This document shows positions 35,829-38,046 of a stretch of DNA of 38,046 nucleotides, one piece after another. The DNA comes from Candidatus Pacearchaeota archaeon (lineage in GTDB: Archaea; Nanobdellota; Nanobdellia; Pacearchaeales; DTIR01). Numbering within the stretch: the first letter of the stretch is position 1; every line of letters begins with the position of its first letter. A model generated the notes under the pieces. That model saw only the letters and a list, made by a program, of their open reading frames with translations. It ran no database searches and had not been told where the DNA came from. The stretch covers positions 1-38,046 of the forward strand of contig JACRHU010000002.1 in NCBI GenBank assembly GCA_016211995.1, written 5' to 3'. Position numbers and translations under genes: made by a program.

Positions 35829-35927
35829 AGCTGTTAGTATATTATAAGAGAGATTAAAAAAATATTTAAGCTAGAGCTGTTGATATATCGCAAGAGAGAT
35901 TAAAAAAATATTTAAGCTAGGACTGCT
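35790..35927 (+). repeat. Tandem repeat, 3 x 46 bp, whose first unit is the last 13 codons of trxA
   Basis: Units at 35790-35835, 35836-35881 and 35882-35927, with 6-8 mismatches per pair. Each unit carries AAAAAATATTTAAGCTAG. Confidence 0.9.
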
Positions 35928-35943
35928 TTATTTTTATATAAAA

Positions 35944-37254
35944 ATGGTTGAAAAAGAAAGAGAAGAGATTGATGGAATAAAAGAAGTGGCAGAAGTAGAG
36001 ATAGGGCTTGGAGAATCTAGTGGTTTATATGAACAATTTTTGGATAAACTTGAGCTGGTTAATTCTAAGATAAAGATTCCTAAACAAGTTTATGAAAGGT
36101 TAAAAGAATGTGATTCTTCTGTTGAAGTTGATTTACCTATTTTGCTTGATAAAAAATGGCATGACAAAGATATGGTGAAAATTTACCATGCTTATAGGGT
36201 TCAGCACAACAATTTTTTAGGCCCGTATAAAGGAGGAATAAGATTTCATCCTTCTGTAAATCTCGATGAGATTAAGTATCTTGCAGCGCTAATGACAATT
36301 AAGACTGCACTAGTTGATGTGCCTTTTGGCGGTGCAAAAGGAGGTGTTGTTGTTAATCCAAAAACATTGACAAAACATGAAATTCAAAGACTTGCTAAAG
36401 GCTATGTTAAAAAAGTTTACAGATTTTTGGGTCCTCGCAAAGATATTCCAGCACCTGATGTAGGAACTGATGCAAATGTAATGGCTTATATGTATGAAGA
36501 ATACAAGGAGCTAAGCAAAGATGAAAATGCAAGGGCAGCATTTACAGGAAAACCAGTTAATAACGGAGGGATAGAAGGAAGAGAAGAAGCAACAAGCCTC
36601 GGAGGTTTTTACATTTTAGATGAAATAATAAAACAAAAAGGAGTTAGTGGAGAGTTAAAAGCTGTTGTACAAGGATTCGGAGCTGCTGGCTATCACATAG
36701 CAAGAATCTTAAAAGAAAAAGGATATAAGATTATTGGAATTTCTGATTCTACTGGTGGAATTGCTTCAATTAAAGGCTTTGACCCTGATGAAGTTGCCAG
36801 ATGGAAAAGATCTAAAGGCACTGTCATGGGAATTCCAGGAGCAATTAATCTGACTAATGAAAGACTTCTCAAATTAAAGACAGATATTCTTGTTTTAGCT
36901 GCAGTTGAAAATCAAATTACAGAAGAAAATGCTTCTGAAATAAAAGCAGATATTATTCTTGAGCTTGCAAATGGAGCGATTTCTTCTAGGGCTGAAGAAA
37001 TGCTTTATGGAAAAACAATTATTCCTGATGTTTTGGCAAATGCTGGTGGAGTTGTTGTAAGCCATCTTGAATGGTTGCAAAATATTGAAGACAAAAAATT
37101 CAGAATTGATGAAGTTGAAAATGCACTTAAAGAAAAAATGCTTACAGCCTTACAAGAAGTTATACTTAGTCAACAAAAGTATGAAGTTAACATGAGGGAC
37201 GCTGCTTATATTGTTGCTATAGAAAGAATTATAGAAAAGGCTGTTGAAGAATAA
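35944..37254 (+). CDS. gdhA: Glutamate dehydrogenase
   Basis: GPYKGGIRFHP, VPFGGAKGG, and dinucleotide fold VQGFGAAGYH. Confidence 0.92.
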   Translation: MVEKEREEIDGIKEVAEVEIGLGESSGLYEQFLDKLELVNSKIKIPKQVYERLKECDSSVEVDLPILLDKKWHDKDMVKIYHAYRVQHNNFLGPYKGGIRFHPSVNLDEIKYLAALMTIKTALVDVPFGGAKGGVVVNPKTLTKHEIQRLAKGYVKKVYRFLGPRKDIPAPDVGTDANVMAYMYEEYKELSKDENARAAFTGKPVNNGGIEGREEATSLGGFYILDEIIKQKGVSGELKAVVQGFGAAGYHIARILKEKGYKIIGISDSTGGIASIKGFDPDEVARWKRSKGTVMGIPGAINLTNERLLKLKTDILVLAAVENQITEENASEIKADIILELANGAISSRAEEMLYGKTIIPDVLANAGGVVVSHLEWLQNIEDKKFRIDEVENALKEKMLTALQEVILSQQKYEVNMRDAAYIVAIERIIEKAVEE

Positions 37255-37421
37255 TTGTTACTAGGGCCAATAAATAATCAACCGCGACTGGTTGCTAATC
37301 TTTTTTGATATAGCCACTAGCAAAGATAGAAACTAGTCATCCAGTTCTTAATACTGATTTAATTGTTCTAAAAATGTTTTTAAACTCTTTAATCCTTATC
37401 TCTTAAGTATAAAAGAGGAAG

Positions 37422-37937
37422 ATGAAGAAAGCAATTTCTACACTTGTTGCTACAGTATTATTAATTCTAATAGTTATTGCTTTGATTGCAATTATTTGGG
37501 GAGCTGTTCTTCCAATGATTACAAGATCAACTGAAATAGGACAGGCGTGCTCTGATGCAAGAATTAGCATAAATACTATTTCTGGTTATAGCTGTTATAG
37601 TGAAAATGCAAAAACTACAATGGTGATGATTGATAGAGCAAGTGAAAAAGAGCTTGCTGGACTGCAGATTTCATTAAGAGAGGGAGGAAAAAGAACTGCT
37701 TATATAATAAGAAAAGATTCTTCATTAGTTTTTTTAGTTGAATTTGAAGAAGGTTCTGGAAATATAATCAGAGAATACATTTCTGATGCACAATATCCTG
37801 TTTCTCCTGCTACTCCTGCTGTATGGAGCATAGGCAGACTTGGAAACTCTCTTGTTTTTGATGGAACTACATTTGTTAGTGCACAGCTTGATAGCAGCAA
37901 AGAAATAACAATTGAAACATGGGTGAAGCCAGAATGA
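37422..37937 (+). CDS. Archaeal type IV pilin-like protein (class III signal peptide) ending inside a LamG-like domain
   Basis: MKKAISTLVATVLLILIVIALIAIIW is a DUF361-type N-terminus. The C-terminal LGNSLVFDGTTFVSAQL...ITIETWVKPE looks like the first ~30 aa of a LamG/concanavalin-like domain, then a stop. Confidence 0.65.
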   Translation: MKKAISTLVATVLLILIVIALIAIIWGAVLPMITRSTEIGQACSDARISINTISGYSCYSENAKTTMVMIDRASEKELAGLQISLREGGKRTAYIIRKDSSLVFLVEFEEGSGNIIREYISDAQYPVSPATPAVWSIGRLGNSLVFDGTTFVSAQLDSSKEITIETWVKPE

Positions 37938-38046
37938 AAAAGATAATTTTTGGAATTTTTTTATTATTAATTTTACTAGAGATAAATTTTAGCTCAGGAA
38001 TAACAACTTTGACAAATATTTCAACAAGCCTTGGAATTGAAGACAT
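37934..38046 (+). CDS. Partial ORF with a signal-peptide-like N-terminus (runs off the window)
   Basis: The ATG overlaps the preceding stop (ATGA). MKKIIFGIFLLLILLEINFSSG. Confidence 0.35.
   Translation, partial: MKKIIFGIFLLLILLEINFSSGITTLTNISTSLGIED

Noticed and set aside
35790-35927. The tandem 46-bp repeats, and the duplicated 33-mer at 33619-33700, as a CRISPR array.
   Set aside because: The units abut without unique spacers, there are only 2-3 copies, the first unit is coding sequence, and there are no cas genes.

Overview
This is an AT-rich window (about one-third GC by eye, not computed) that is densely coding, with about 50 genes. All calls rest on motif recognition by eye; no BLAST, HMM or folding was run.

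The gene content and signals look archaeal, most like a small-genome DPANN-type lineage (inference). The evidence:
- a class III signal-peptide pilin
- a TrmB regulator
- archaeal-type Thi4
- TATA-like boxes about 25 nt upstream of start codons
- many ATGA start/stop overlaps

The window is strongly enriched for sulfur, redox and thiolation functions:
- Redox: TrxB, a membrane Trx-fold protein, ferredoxin and thioredoxin
- Fe-S and cofactor supply: Thi4, NifS/IscS, IscU and two DUF1858 proteins
- Cysteine synthesis: CysE, and a moaD-like/cysH/small ORF/cysK operon
- Sulfur transfer and tRNA thiolation: TusA and three PP-loop (TtuA/Ncs6-type) proteins, one of them degenerate

Other content:
- a copper-resistance block (CopA, an HMA-DsbD_2-cupredoxin membrane protein, a variant HMA protein and a membrane-tethered wHTH regulator)
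- a bacterial-type acetyl-CoA carboxylase set (BirA, BCCP, fused AccA-AccD, AccC) interrupted by a MazEF module
- PlsC, Nth, GdhA, a 2TM K+ channel and a compact CooS-like Ni-CODH
- a free-standing LAGLIDADG endonuclease

I saw no rRNA, tRNA or CRISPR array.

The most unusual items:
1. A mosaic intergenic hairpin-module repeat family built around a GGATCC core. There are six copies, all in the first 20 kb, and they are REP/BIME-like.
2. A translationally coupled two-gene orphan operon (29373-31222) with no motifs I recognise.
3. Ghost duplications of gene 3-prime ends that keep coding potential, downstream of the CooS-like and thioredoxin genes.
4. A sulfur-carrier-linked cysteine operon.
5. 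A compact stand-alone CODH that retains all cluster ligands.
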